Assembly: GCA_945919295.1 (NCBI GenBank)
Contig: CAMEJC010000003.1
Coordinates: 1 to 49,951 of the forward strand
From: an uncultured Mycoplasmatota bacterium
GTDB lineage: Bacteria > Bacillota_I > Bacilli_A > RF39 > UBA660
DNA: 49,951 bases
Direction: 5' to 3'
Both the position numbers and the translations under genes were made by a program. Position 1 is the stretch's first letter, and each line of letters begins with the position of its first letter. The notes under the pieces were generated by a model. The model saw nothing but the letters and a program-made list of their open reading frames with translations. It did no database searches and was not told the origin of the DNA. Below, one piece after another: positions 9,972 through 19,189 of the stretch.

Positions 9972-11294
9972 ATGGATGAAATGTTTACACAAATTGATTT
10001 TGGTCCATTAAAACCATTCCTTGAGAATGATGACGTAACTGATATATCATACAGTAATGGTGGACAAGTTTGGTTAAAGACATTATCACAAGGTGTATAT
10101 CGAGTTGAAAATACTGGAATAGATAATCCTTTAATGGAAAAAATAGCCTTTCAATGTGCCAATTCAATGGGTAAATCATTCAATATGGCCAATCCATTCC
10201 TCGATGCAGAATCTGCTGAACTTCGTATGAACTTTGTGCATGATTCTATTGCTAAAAATGGAATAGCTTGTCTAATAAGAAAAACACCAGCTAAAATAAG
10301 ATTAGAAAAAGAAAAAATAATTGCGGAAGATTATATTAGACTAAATATTCATGATTTTCTACTTAAGTGTGTTGAAGGACACTGTAATATTATAGTAAGT
10401 GGAGAAACAGGTTCAGGAAAAACAGAGTTTGTTAAGTATTTAGCGGCTCATACAAAAGAAAATGAAAAACTAATAACCATTGAAGATACTCTTGAATTAC
10501 ACTTAGATCGAATCTTTCCCCATCGTGATATTGTTGCTATGAAAACCAATAATATTGCCTCATATTCTGATGTATTAGTAACATGTATGAGACAAAATCC
10601 AAGATGGATCCTACTTTCCGAAGTAAGATCAGCTGAAGCTGTTATGGCAGTTCGTAACTCGATATCATCAGGACATAATATTTTATCGACAATTCATGCT
10701 GATAAAGCCGAATCAATACCAAGTAGAATGTATAGCTTACTTGAAACAAATCAAGATGTAGGTCAATTTCTAGCTACCATTCATAGATATGTTCAATTAG
10801 GTGTACATATCAAAGGATATTATAGTCAAAAATATAAAAGATTTCATAGAGAAGTATCTGAAGTAGTAGAGTTTTATGTTACTGAAGATAATAAAGCCGA
10901 ATATAAAATTCTTTATAAAAAGACTCCTGATGGACATGAAACAATTGCTAATCCAACTAAGTATCTAATTGGATATTTAGAAAGTCAGGGTGTTATCATG
11001 CCAAATGATATTCTTGTAAAAGAACAGTTTCATGAACAAACTACTAATAATAACTTAAGAGAAAACAACTTTGTAGTAGACAATAGTGGTCAAAGTATTA
11101 TGTCTAATGTTCGAAGTAACATTACACCTAATAATATTGAAAGACAAAATATAAATCAAAGTACTTTGATTAATAATCAGAATCTTGTTAATAATCAAAG
11201 TCAAATAAATAATAATATACCAAATATTTATGCTAACAATCCAAATATACCTAAAGAAGTAAATATGACTAGCATAAATAATGGATTGCAGTAA
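9972..11294 (+). CDS. cpaF: CpaF/TadA (VirB11 family) secretion ATPase with N/Q-rich tail
   Basis: Walker A GETGSGKT, Asp box TIED, Walker B ILLSEVR, His box SGH...STIHA. Confidence 0.9.
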   Translation: MDEMFTQIDFGPLKPFLENDDVTDISYSNGGQVWLKTLSQGVYRVENTGIDNPLMEKIAFQCANSMGKSFNMANPFLDAESAELRMNFVHDSIAKNGIACLIRKTPAKIRLEKEKIIAEDYIRLNIHDFLLKCVEGHCNIIVSGETGSGKTEFVKYLAAHTKENEKLITIEDTLELHLDRIFPHRDIVAMKTNNIASYSDVLVTCMRQNPRWILLSEVRSAEAVMAVRNSISSGHNILSTIHADKAESIPSRMYSLLETNQDVGQFLATIHRYVQLGVHIKGYYSQKYKRFHREVSEVVEFYVTEDNKAEYKILYKKTPDGHETIANPTKYLIGYLESQGVIMPNDILVKEQFHEQTTNNNLRENNFVVDNSGQSIMSNVRSNITPNNIERQNINQSTLINNQNLVNNQSQINNNIPNIYANNPNIPKEVNMTSINNGLQ

Positions 11295-11309
11295 AAGGTA
11301 GGTGAAATA

Positions 11310-12203
11310 ATGGAAATAATTTTAATAGGACTAATTATTGTATTTATAGTTTCTTATCGAACAAAAAAAGGTGAATCAGTATATAAATTTATTTCTGAAC
11401 AAGCTGTAAATACTTATAAAAAAATAGAACCATATTCTTTTAAAATAATGCGAGAAAAAGTAAAAGAATTAGGATTAGAATATACTCCTAGACAATATTT
11501 ATTTCAAATCGTAGCATTTGCTGGATTAGCGGGAGGAATTAGTTATCTATATTTTTATAATTTACTTATATCAATAGTCTATGCCATAATCGCAGTATCA
11601 TTTATTCCATATATAACTTATCTAAGATGTAAAAGACAATATAGTGAATATATATTTGAACAAGTACAAGTATATTGTACTAATACCATAATGGAATTTG
11701 CTACAACTCAAGCATTTGTAAAATCACTTGAAGGAGTAGTTGCCTCTGGTATCTTAGAAGAACCACTTTTATCAGATGTAAAAACAATGATAGCCTTATC
11801 ATATGAAAAAGGAGATGTCTATGATTCCATAAAATATATGGATACCAAATATCCTTACTATATGGTAAAAAATATGCATCAATTATTCTTACAAGTAACA
11901 AAAGAAGGTGCTAAAGATACTCAAGAAACATTTGAAAATATGCTATCAGATATTGATATATTAGTCGAAGGAGTATATCGTGATAGAACAGATAGAGCAA
12001 ATTTCCATAAACAATTTTTAACTTTCGGTGTAGCTTTATATGGATTAATAGCATTAATTCAGATATTAATAAGTCAAGAAACATACATTGCTATGTTAGA
12101 TAATATAATAGTTAGATTACTAGTACATGGAATAGTAATAATAAATAGTTGTTTTCTTCTTGCTGGAGAAAAATATTACAACGAGAATGTAGGTGCTGAA
12201 TAA
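11310..12203 (+). CDS. tadB: TadB-like platform membrane protein
   Basis: Multi-TM topology with a central helical domain; follows cpaF and is paired with a second platform gene. Confidence 0.72.
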   Translation: MEIILIGLIIVFIVSYRTKKGESVYKFISEQAVNTYKKIEPYSFKIMREKVKELGLEYTPRQYLFQIVAFAGLAGGISYLYFYNLLISIVYAIIAVSFIPYITYLRCKRQYSEYIFEQVQVYCTNTIMEFATTQAFVKSLEGVVASGILEEPLLSDVKTMIALSYEKGDVYDSIKYMDTKYPYYMVKNMHQLFLQVTKEGAKDTQETFENMLSDIDILVEGVYRDRTDRANFHKQFLTFGVALYGLIALIQILISQETYIAMLDNIIVRLLVHGIVIINSCFLLAGEKYYNENVGAE

Positions 12204-13000
12204 TGTTTATAGAAATGTTAATTATAGCCATAATAGTAATATACATCTTCGTTGTAAATGGTAAAATAAACACTAATGGTATACTAAATAATAATAGTAA
12301 ATTATGTAATTTACTAAAAGAAAAAGATTACGATTTTCTACTTATTGCTAAATATGGTGATCGAGTATATGATCCTAATGAAGTATTTATGAAAAGAGTA
12401 AGAAATGGCATTTTAACATTCGCAGCTTTAGTATTTCTTTTCATAACAAAAATGAGTTACTTAGGATTAATAATAGCCCTAGTAATAGCCTTTTTAGTAT
12501 ATAAAAATCAGTATTTAAGTTTAAAAAAATGGTATAGACAGCATTTAAATTACATTGATTCATTATTACCATATTATCTTAAAACATTAGAAGTTTTAAT
12601 TCATCACTATACAGTACCAGTAGCAATAGCAAAAAGTATAGATGATGCTCCTGAAGTATTTAAACCAGGGTTAAAGCGTATGATTGAAAAAATAGAATCA
12701 GGAGATTCTTCAATAGATCCATATATGGATTTTGCCAATGAATATCCTGTAAGAGATTCAATGCGTATGATGAGATTATTATATCGATTAGGACTTGGAG
12801 AGCAAGAAAAGAAACATCAGCAATTAGTTTCATTTTCAAAATCAGTATCATCTCTTCAAGCAAAAGCAAGAGAACAAAAATATCAAGCTAGATTAAATGC
12901 AATGGAAAGAAGAACAATGATTATGATGTGTGTAACAGGATTTGGTTCTCTTGGATTACTATTGATTTCAATATTTATGTTAATGGGAAATATGATGTAA
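12203..13000 (+). CDS. tadC: TadC-like platform membrane protein
   Basis: LPYYLKTLEVL...VPVAIAKS T2SSF-like segment; TAATG overlap with tadB. Confidence 0.72.
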   Translation: MFIEMLIIAIIVIYIFVVNGKINTNGILNNNSKLCNLLKEKDYDFLLIAKYGDRVYDPNEVFMKRVRNGILTFAALVFLFITKMSYLGLIIALVIAFLVYKNQYLSLKKWYRQHLNYIDSLLPYYLKTLEVLIHHYTVPVAIAKSIDDAPEVFKPGLKRMIEKIESGDSSIDPYMDFANEYPVRDSMRMMRLLYRLGLGEQEKKHQQLVSFSKSVSSLQAKAREQKYQARLNAMERRTMIMMCVTGFGSLGLLLISIFMLMGNMM

Positions 13001-13058
13001 ATATTTGAAATATATAAAAAAGAATAAAAAAATAATATATGAAAGAAGGTGAAAAGTA

Positions 13059-13247
13059 ATGAAAGAAGCAACAGGTGAAGTATCAATGACTGTAATTGTT
13101 ATTGTAGCAGTAGCAGTAATTGGAGGTATCTTAGCAGCATTATGGCCAAAAATAACTACTTGGATAAATAATGCTTGGGGAGGTAATGCAGATAATTACT
13201 GTCCAGCAGGACAAACTTGGGATGAAACAGCCGGAGCATGTAAATAA
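13059..13247 (+). CDS. Putative major Flp-like pilin (atypical)
   Basis: 62 aa with one long hydrophobic helix, SD GAAGGTGA and a C-terminal Cys pair; follows tadC. Confidence 0.65.
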   Translation: MKEATGEVSMTVIVIVAVAVIGGILAALWPKITTWINNAWGGNADNYCPAGQTWDETAGACK

Positions 13248-13271
13248 TTAAAACAAAGTAGGTGATAAATA

Positions 13272-13721
13272 ATGAGAGAAGCATTTGGTGGAACTTTTAC
13301 AATTCAATTAATATTAGTATTCTTAGCTATTTATATAGCTTTTATAGCGGTAGCTTTAAACTATGCTAAAGCATTTAGAGTAAAGAATCAAATAATCAAT
13401 TTAATAGAACAAAATGAAGGAATAGAAGACACAGAATGGACAGATCAAAGTGGAGTAATAGGTAAAATAAATACCTATTTAGGACAAATGAGTTATTATG
13501 TTGATTTAAATAAAATATCAAATAATAATAATAATAATAATTTACATTGCTATGAAAAGGGATATTGTATTGAAGAATATAGTTTAAACAGTACTGATGG
13601 AATAGATAGCGTATATTACAAAGTAACAACATATGTAAAGATAGATTTACAAGTATTTCGTCTAAACTTTACTATTCCAATAACAGGAGAAACACGTAAA
13701 ATAGAAAGGATTACTAATTAA
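13272..13721 (+). CDS. TadE-like minor pilin
   Basis: N-terminal hydrophobic helix, amphipathic helix and C-terminal beta strands (YYKVTTYVKID...IPITGET). Confidence 0.6.
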   Translation: MREAFGGTFTIQLILVFLAIYIAFIAVALNYAKAFRVKNQIINLIEQNEGIEDTEWTDQSGVIGKINTYLGQMSYYVDLNKISNNNNNNNLHCYEKGYCIEEYSLNSTDGIDSVYYKVTTYVKIDLQVFRLNFTIPITGETRKIERITN

Positions 13722-13723
13722 TA

Positions 13724-14722
13724 ATGGATACAGTCATATCAAATAAATATAGTAGTATACTTGGTTCTTTAGATATTGAAGTATCAAAAAGATTAGAAGG
13801 AGAATACGAAGTAGATGAAATAATATCTACCTTTGGTAATTATTTCTTTAACAAAATGTTTTTAGATATAACTGCTATTAAAGATTATAAAGATTTAACT
13901 AATTTACAAAAATTATCAATGAGTATCAATATGGATAAAGTAATATTACTTTTAGATAAAGATGATGCCATAAGTGATTCAAAAATATTTTTATCAAAAT
14001 TAGTTAATATGGGTATATATAATTTTACTAAAGATCCTAAAGATTTAATGTATTTATATACCAATCCTAATATTTATCGTGATGTAGCATATCTTCAAAA
14101 TATCGAAGATGATCAAAGTTCTAATAATACCAGTGCTATCTCTCAAGTATCTCCTAATAAAAAAGTATTAGGAGTAAAAAATATCACTGATTCTGCTGGT
14201 TCAACAACTCTAATATATATGCTAAAAAAAGTATTAAGTGATTATTATAGTGTTATGGCATTAGAAATAAATAAAAGAGATTTAACTTATTTCAAAGATA
14301 AAGATACTCTTACTGTTAAAGAAGATGAAATCGATACTGTTATATCAAAATATAGTAGTGTAGATATATTTTTATTAGATCTAAATAAATATAATAAAGA
14401 ATATATATGTACCGATGTATTATATTTAATAGAACCAACTACTTTAAAATTAAATAAACTATCTTTAATTAATCCTAAAGTATTTGGAGAATTAAAAGGA
14501 AAAAAAGTAGTACTTAATAAAAGTCTATTAAATGAAGATGAAATAGCAGATTTTGAGGTTGAATCTGATTTAAAAGTTTATTATAACATGCCACCATTAA
14601 ATGATAAAAAAGATAATAGTAATATCATTTTACCATTACTAGAGAAATTAGGCTATGTTAAAGCTGTTGAAACAGAAGAAGAGAAAACTAAAAAAAACAG
14701 ATTATTTGATTGGTTCAAATAA
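13724..14722 (+). CDS. TadZ/CpaE-like protein with degenerate ParA/MinD P-loop
   Basis: Receiver-like N-terminus, VLGVKNITDSAGSTTL deviant P-loop, DIFLLDL, VVLNK and amphipathic C-terminus RLFDWFK. Confidence 0.6.
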   Translation: MDTVISNKYSSILGSLDIEVSKRLEGEYEVDEIISTFGNYFFNKMFLDITAIKDYKDLTNLQKLSMSINMDKVILLLDKDDAISDSKIFLSKLVNMGIYNFTKDPKDLMYLYTNPNIYRDVAYLQNIEDDQSSNNTSAISQVSPNKKVLGVKNITDSAGSTTLIYMLKKVLSDYYSVMALEINKRDLTYFKDKDTLTVKEDEIDTVISKYSSVDIFLLDLNKYNKEYICTDVLYLIEPTTLKLNKLSLINPKVFGELKGKKVVLNKSLLNEDEIADFEVESDLKVYYNMPPLNDKKDNSNIILPLLEKLGYVKAVETEEEKTKKNRLFDWFK

Positions 14723-14736
14723 TCTATTTTTATATT

Positions 14737-14770
14737 AAAGTCCGGTTTTGATTTCAAAAAGTCCGGTTTT
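14737..14770. repeat. Perfect 13-bp direct repeat AAAGTCCGGTTTT x2, 21-bp period
   Basis: Copies at 14737-14749 and 14758-14770. Confidence 0.9.
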
Positions 14771-14847
14771 CTATAAAAATTGAAATAAAGTGACAAAAAT
14801 CTTGTTAATATAGTGTATAATGTAATAAGTAATGGAGGCTATATAAT

Positions 14848-14992
14848 ATGAAACTAAAAGATTATGATAAGGTAGAAAATACAAATATAGATTTTAAAGA
14901 AAAAATCGAGAGCCTCAGAAATAATTGCAAAATTATTAAATACAGGATTAATAGAAGAATCAACTTCAACTAGATATAAATTTAAAAAATAA
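14848..14992 (+). pseudogene. Collapsed remnant of an AlbA_2/Schlafen-domain + C-terminal wHTH gene
   Basis: SD GGAGG; ATG 14848 reads MKLKDYDKVENTNIDFKEKIE; a second frame from 14903 reads KSRASEIIAKLLNTGLIEESTSTRYKFKK* (stop 14990-14992). Confidence 0.5.
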
Positions 14993-15097
14993 TGTTTTAA
15001 TGTAAGATAATGTAAATATTTTTGTCTTTATATCCTAAACAATTGACTTTTTATCATATTTAGTGTAATATATAATTATAGTTTAAGGAGGAAAAAT

Positions 15098-15427
15098 ATG
15101 ACAAGTGAGATATGTGGAAGTTTAGGTCCAGTTCTAAGAATAGTAAATATAATTATCAATATAATATGGATTGGTATACCTATAATATTAATAATTTTAG
15201 GATCTATTGATTTAGGAAAGGCTGTTATATCAAGTAAAGAAGATGAGGTGAAAAAAGCTAAAAAAGCATTCATTAATAGATTAATATATGCTATTTTAGT
15301 ATTCGCAGTAGTGTGGATAGTAACATTTATTTTTGATCAAGTAGCAAAATTAGGATTAGATGATGCAGATACTGCTTCATGGAAAAGCTGCTGGAGTGAA
15401 ATTAGAAATATAAAGCCAGCATCTTAA
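15098..15427 (+). CDS. VirB2/TrbC-like pilin (two hydrophobic helices)
   Basis: Helix, basic loop KAVISSKEDEVKKAKKAFINR, helix; strong SD AAGGAGG; own terminator; upstream of VirB6/VirB4. Confidence 0.7.
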   Translation: MTSEICGSLGPVLRIVNIIINIIWIGIPIILIILGSIDLGKAVISSKEDEVKKAKKAFINRLIYAILVFAVVWIVTFIFDQVAKLGLDDADTASWKSCWSEIRNIKPAS

Positions 15428-15445
15428 AACAAAAAGTTTATTATT

Positions 15446-15473
15446 AAGAAATCAAAAAATGATTTCTTTTTTT
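15446..15473 (+). terminator. Intrinsic terminator after the pilin gene
   Basis: AAGAAATCA / TGATTTCTT stem followed by a T-run. Confidence 0.65.
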
Positions 15474-15532
15474 GATTTTATATGCTATAATTAAATTATA
15501 ATAAATTCTTATGCAGAATTGGAGTGAAAACC

Positions 15533-16918
15533 ATGAAGAAAAAACTATTTTTATTAACTACTTTTTTAATATCTTTTGTTATGTTTAGTAGTAGTGTTAG
15601 AGCAGATGAATATCCAGAACTTAGTTGTCTTTATAATGGTAATGAAGATTGTTCACATTGGTGGACTCTTGGAATAAATTTTTGTGTGCAAGGAATGACA
15701 TTAATAACTCAATCAGCATCAGGAGATATAAATATATATTATACTAAAGATCCTATTACTAATAGAAGCGATTTATATAATTACCCAATTAAAAATGCAA
15801 AACTTTATAAGTACGATAAATATGAAGATAAAAATAAGTTGTATTCGAGTTCTCAAACAGATCATAAAAATCAATTTAAAAATAATGGATGTCCTAAATA
15901 TGTGAATTATGATAATGGTAGAGTTGAATACACATATGATGAACCTGAAGAAGGCAAAAATTTCAGTAGTTATTATCCACTATTATCAACCGAACCAATA
16001 CCTAAATCGACTACTAATAATTCAAGCAAGGAATTAACATGTAATTATCCCGCCCTTAGTTATCAAAAAAAATTAGAAATAGAGCAATCATCAAATGGCG
16101 AGATAACTACTATTTATGATGGCGATGAAAAAAAACTCAATTTACACAATGACAATTCCGAAGAAGATACGGGATATAATGTAAAAACAGGAAATTTTGA
16201 TTTCTGCCCAATATGTGCTAATAAAAGCGGTGATGATGTATATTTTTATAATGGTGAAGAAGATGGTAGTTGTAAAACCAGTTATGCTGGATTTAAAAAT
16301 ACTGACAATAGTGAATGGATATATACATGTAATTATGCAATGGTTGACGATGCTAAATCCACTGTAACACTCTATTATAATGAAGAAAACTTTAAAATAG
16401 AATTAACTTACACTGATCAATATAAACATATTGTATCATATGGATTTACTGCTTCAGAACTATGGAATAGTAATAGCAATTCCTGTCCTTCTTTTATTTA
16501 TTCAAATTTTCAAGCACAATATAGCGATTTAGATACATTTTATTTAAAAGAAAAAGGGCATAAATATCTTCTAATATCAAGTAGTGGTGGAGAAGAAAAG
16601 AAAGAAATTTCAGGAGGAAAGGAACCAGAAAACTGCAAAGAATTAATTGGCGAAGATGTAATAGAAATAATTAATGAAGTAATGAAAGTAATTAGAATTG
16701 TTGTTCCAATATTATTACTTATATTTGGAATAATAGATTTCTTTAGAGCAACATTTGCTAATGGAGAAGATGATATGAAAAAATCGAGAGATAGATTCTT
16801 TAAAAGAATAATCGCGGCAATTATTGTATTTCTTGTTCCAATATTTGTTAATTTGGTTTTGAAAATTTCTAATACTGTGTGGTCCGATATTAATCAAGAA
16901 ACATGCATAGAAGAATAG
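15533..16918 (+). CDS. Exported Cys-rich protein with C-terminal VirB2-like pilin module
   Basis: Signal peptide ending VRA; three CxY...CP repeats; C-terminal IVVPILLLIFGIIDFFRA...KRIIAAIIVFLVP; ATG 15533 preferred over GTG 15524. Confidence 0.7.
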   Translation: MKKKLFLLTTFLISFVMFSSSVRADEYPELSCLYNGNEDCSHWWTLGINFCVQGMTLITQSASGDINIYYTKDPITNRSDLYNYPIKNAKLYKYDKYEDKNKLYSSSQTDHKNQFKNNGCPKYVNYDNGRVEYTYDEPEEGKNFSSYYPLLSTEPIPKSTTNNSSKELTCNYPALSYQKKLEIEQSSNGEITTIYDGDEKKLNLHNDNSEEDTGYNVKTGNFDFCPICANKSGDDVYFYNGEEDGSCKTSYAGFKNTDNSEWIYTCNYAMVDDAKSTVTLYYNEENFKIELTYTDQYKHIVSYGFTASELWNSNSNSCPSFIYSNFQAQYSDLDTFYLKEKGHKYLLISSSGGEEKKEISGGKEPENCKELIGEDVIEIINEVMKVIRIVVPILLLIFGIIDFFRATFANGEDDMKKSRDRFFKRIIAAIIVFLVPIFVNLVLKISNTVWSDINQETCIEE

Positions 16919-16935
16919 TAAATAAGGAGGTAAAT

Positions 16936-18837
16936 ATGATAAATATATTAGTGGATTGGCAAGATGTCAGTAGCGGAATTATTGCCGCACTTCGAATGCT
17001 TTTATTAAAAATTTGTGATCCTATTTACAGCTTGATTACTTTTTGCTTTGATATATTTGAAGATTTTGGTAAAGTAAGATTATTTGAAAATAGTGATACC
17101 ATTTCACTTATATATACAAGAGTAGGATTAATATTAGGATTATTTATGATATTTAGACTTACATTTGCCGCTATTGAATATTTAATTAATCCTGATAAAA
17201 TGACAGATTCAAAAGCTGGCATTGGAAACATCATAAAAAAAGTTTTAATTGTAGTAATTTTGTTAGGAAGTACAAGATTTTTGTTTAATTTTGTTTATAA
17301 TCTTCAAAATAAATTAATTGACAGCAACATCGTGGGAAATATTATTTTGGGGCCTTCATACTCTTCAAATGAAAAAGTAAGTGCTGGAACAAACATAGCG
17401 TGGTATACATTTTCACAATTTTATCGACTCAATGATGAAATTGAAACAGTTGGAGCAGCAAATGAAGAAAATTATACTATATGTCAAATTTTGCTTAAAA
17501 CTGCAACAGAAAACGATTCTACAGAAGGAACTATAATACAAGATTTTAAAAGTAACCATTCTCTAGAAGCTACAGAATATTGTGTAAATTTACAAACTGA
17601 TGGTAAATATACGCCTACTTATTTAAGAGAGACTACTGATAAAGTAAAACTAAATATTATTGATTTTAATGGTTTTATTTGTTTGGCGGTCGGTATAATT
17701 TTATTATGGATAATAGTAACTTATACAGTTCAAGTTGGCGTAAGGGTATTTCAACTTGCATATTTAGAGTTAATAGCTCCTATACCAATAATGATGTATT
17801 TAATGCCAAATGGAGAAGAAAAACTAAAAAAGTGGGGGCAGCAATGTTTAACAACATTTTTAGATTTCTTTATCAGATTAGCAATTATGGATTTTATAAT
17901 ATTAATATCAAATTCTTTAATTGAATTAACAGATCAAAGTTTTCTCGGTAATTTTAGTACTGATGGCGTATGGAGTGATGGCTATATTATAGTAATACTT
18001 ATTGTGGCTTTATTTATATTTGCTAAAAAAGTACCAAACTTATTAAAAGAAATATTCCCTTCAACAGGAAGTGCCGCCGGTTTCGACTTTGGATTAAAAA
18101 TGCCAAAAGAAGCCAAACAAGTTGGCTTATTTGGTGCAGGTGCTGTACTTGGCGGAGCAGGAGCAGCAGCATCCAACCTTCTTCATAGCACGGCAACCGG
18201 TATCAAAGGTATTAAAGATGCACAGGGAACTGGAAATAAATGGAAAGCTGGTCTAAAAGGATTTGGTAAAGGATTTTTATCAGTTGCCGGAGGAGCAGCT
18301 AGCGGAATGACCCATGGTGCTAGAATTAAAAATATGCGTGGAGTTGGTGAAACTATTAAGACTACTAATCAAAATAGAGATAAGAGAGATTTGAAACAGG
18401 CGGCAGGATACAAACCATGGCATGCTGCAGGCGACAAAGTATTAGGATTTGCTGGACTTGATACTAAAGCAGATACCATGATTAAAGAAGCACAATGGCA
18501 ACAGCAAGCAGCTGAAGCAAGTAGAAGTGCTATTTGGAAAAATGCTGAAGATTTAGTTAAAAATGGAACTTTGAGTTATGAAGATTATTCATTTGCTAGA
18601 AGCTTAAGACAAGATAAGGATAAATCGGGAAATACTATTTGGAGAGGATTAGATAAATCTGGAAAAGAAATTACTATTAAAGATGTTGATTTGCAAGCAG
18701 AACTTGCTCGCAGAACTACAAGTGGTATTGATTTATCACAAGAGGTTAGAGATAATGCTAGTGTTGATGAACGTATAAAAAAAGAAGGAAAGAAAATTAA
18801 AGGTTTAGAAGCAGCGAACGATGCCGCTAAAAAATAA
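16936..18837 (+). CDS. VirB6/TrbL-like polytopic T4SS membrane protein
   Basis: Multiple TMs, RVFQLAYLELIAPIPI signature and Gly/Ala-rich cytoplasmic tail; SD TAAGGAGG fixes the start at 16936. Confidence 0.78.
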   Translation: MINILVDWQDVSSGIIAALRMLLLKICDPIYSLITFCFDIFEDFGKVRLFENSDTISLIYTRVGLILGLFMIFRLTFAAIEYLINPDKMTDSKAGIGNIIKKVLIVVILLGSTRFLFNFVYNLQNKLIDSNIVGNIILGPSYSSNEKVSAGTNIAWYTFSQFYRLNDEIETVGAANEENYTICQILLKTATENDSTEGTIIQDFKSNHSLEATEYCVNLQTDGKYTPTYLRETTDKVKLNIIDFNGFICLAVGIILLWIIVTYTVQVGVRVFQLAYLELIAPIPIMMYLMPNGEEKLKKWGQQCLTTFLDFFIRLAIMDFIILISNSLIELTDQSFLGNFSTDGVWSDGYIIVILIVALFIFAKKVPNLLKEIFPSTGSAAGFDFGLKMPKEAKQVGLFGAGAVLGGAGAAASNLLHSTATGIKGIKDAQGTGNKWKAGLKGFGKGFLSVAGGAASGMTHGARIKNMRGVGETIKTTNQNRDKRDLKQAAGYKPWHAAGDKVLGFAGLDTKADTMIKEAQWQQQAAEASRSAIWKNAEDLVKNGTLSYEDYSFARSLRQDKDKSGNTIWRGLDKSGKEITIKDVDLQAELARRTTSGIDLSQEVRDNASVDERIKKEGKKIKGLEAANDAAKK

Positions 18838-18850
18838 ATAGAAAGGAAGT

Positions 18851-19189
18851 GTGATAATAGTGAATGGTTATTTAGTACCTGCTAATGCTAAAAGGGGTAC
18901 ACTAATACTTAATATATTTAGACCATTTGATTTAATTATGTTTGGAACGGGAGTAATAGTATCATTATTAATGTTAGCTATTGTTCATTCAGATAGTACT
19001 TTAATGATACTAATATCTTGCCTACCAGCAGGTATAACAGGATTATTAGTTGTTCCAATACCTAATTATCACAATGTTCTATGTGCAATACAAAGTATAT
19101 TTAGATTTTATTCAGAAAGAAGAAATTATATATGGAGAGGTTGGTGTTTTTATGAAAAATTCGCAGTCGATGACAAGTCAAAAAAGTAG
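18851..19189 (+). CDS. VirB3/PrgI-like small membrane protein
   Basis: Two TMs, YLVPAN N-terminus; position between VirB6 and VirB4; start may be GTG 18860. Confidence 0.6.
   Translation: MIIVNGYLVPANAKRGTLILNIFRPFDLIMFGTGVIVSLLMLAIVHSDSTLMILISCLPAGITGLLVVPIPNYHNVLCAIQSIFRFYSERRNYIWRGWCFYEKFAVDDKSKK

Noticed and set aside
13521-13541. (AAT)7 microsatellite in the TadE-like gene
   Set aside because: In-frame poly-Asn; length change would not switch expression and such tracts are expected in AT-rich DNA.
19050-19151. Extended N-terminus of the 19050 ORF (also the 16903, 22865, 38868 and 44903 starts)
   Set aside because: These extensions overlap upstream genes or the candidate RNA; SD positions or gene boundaries favour starts at 19152, 16936, 22889, 38883 and 44825.
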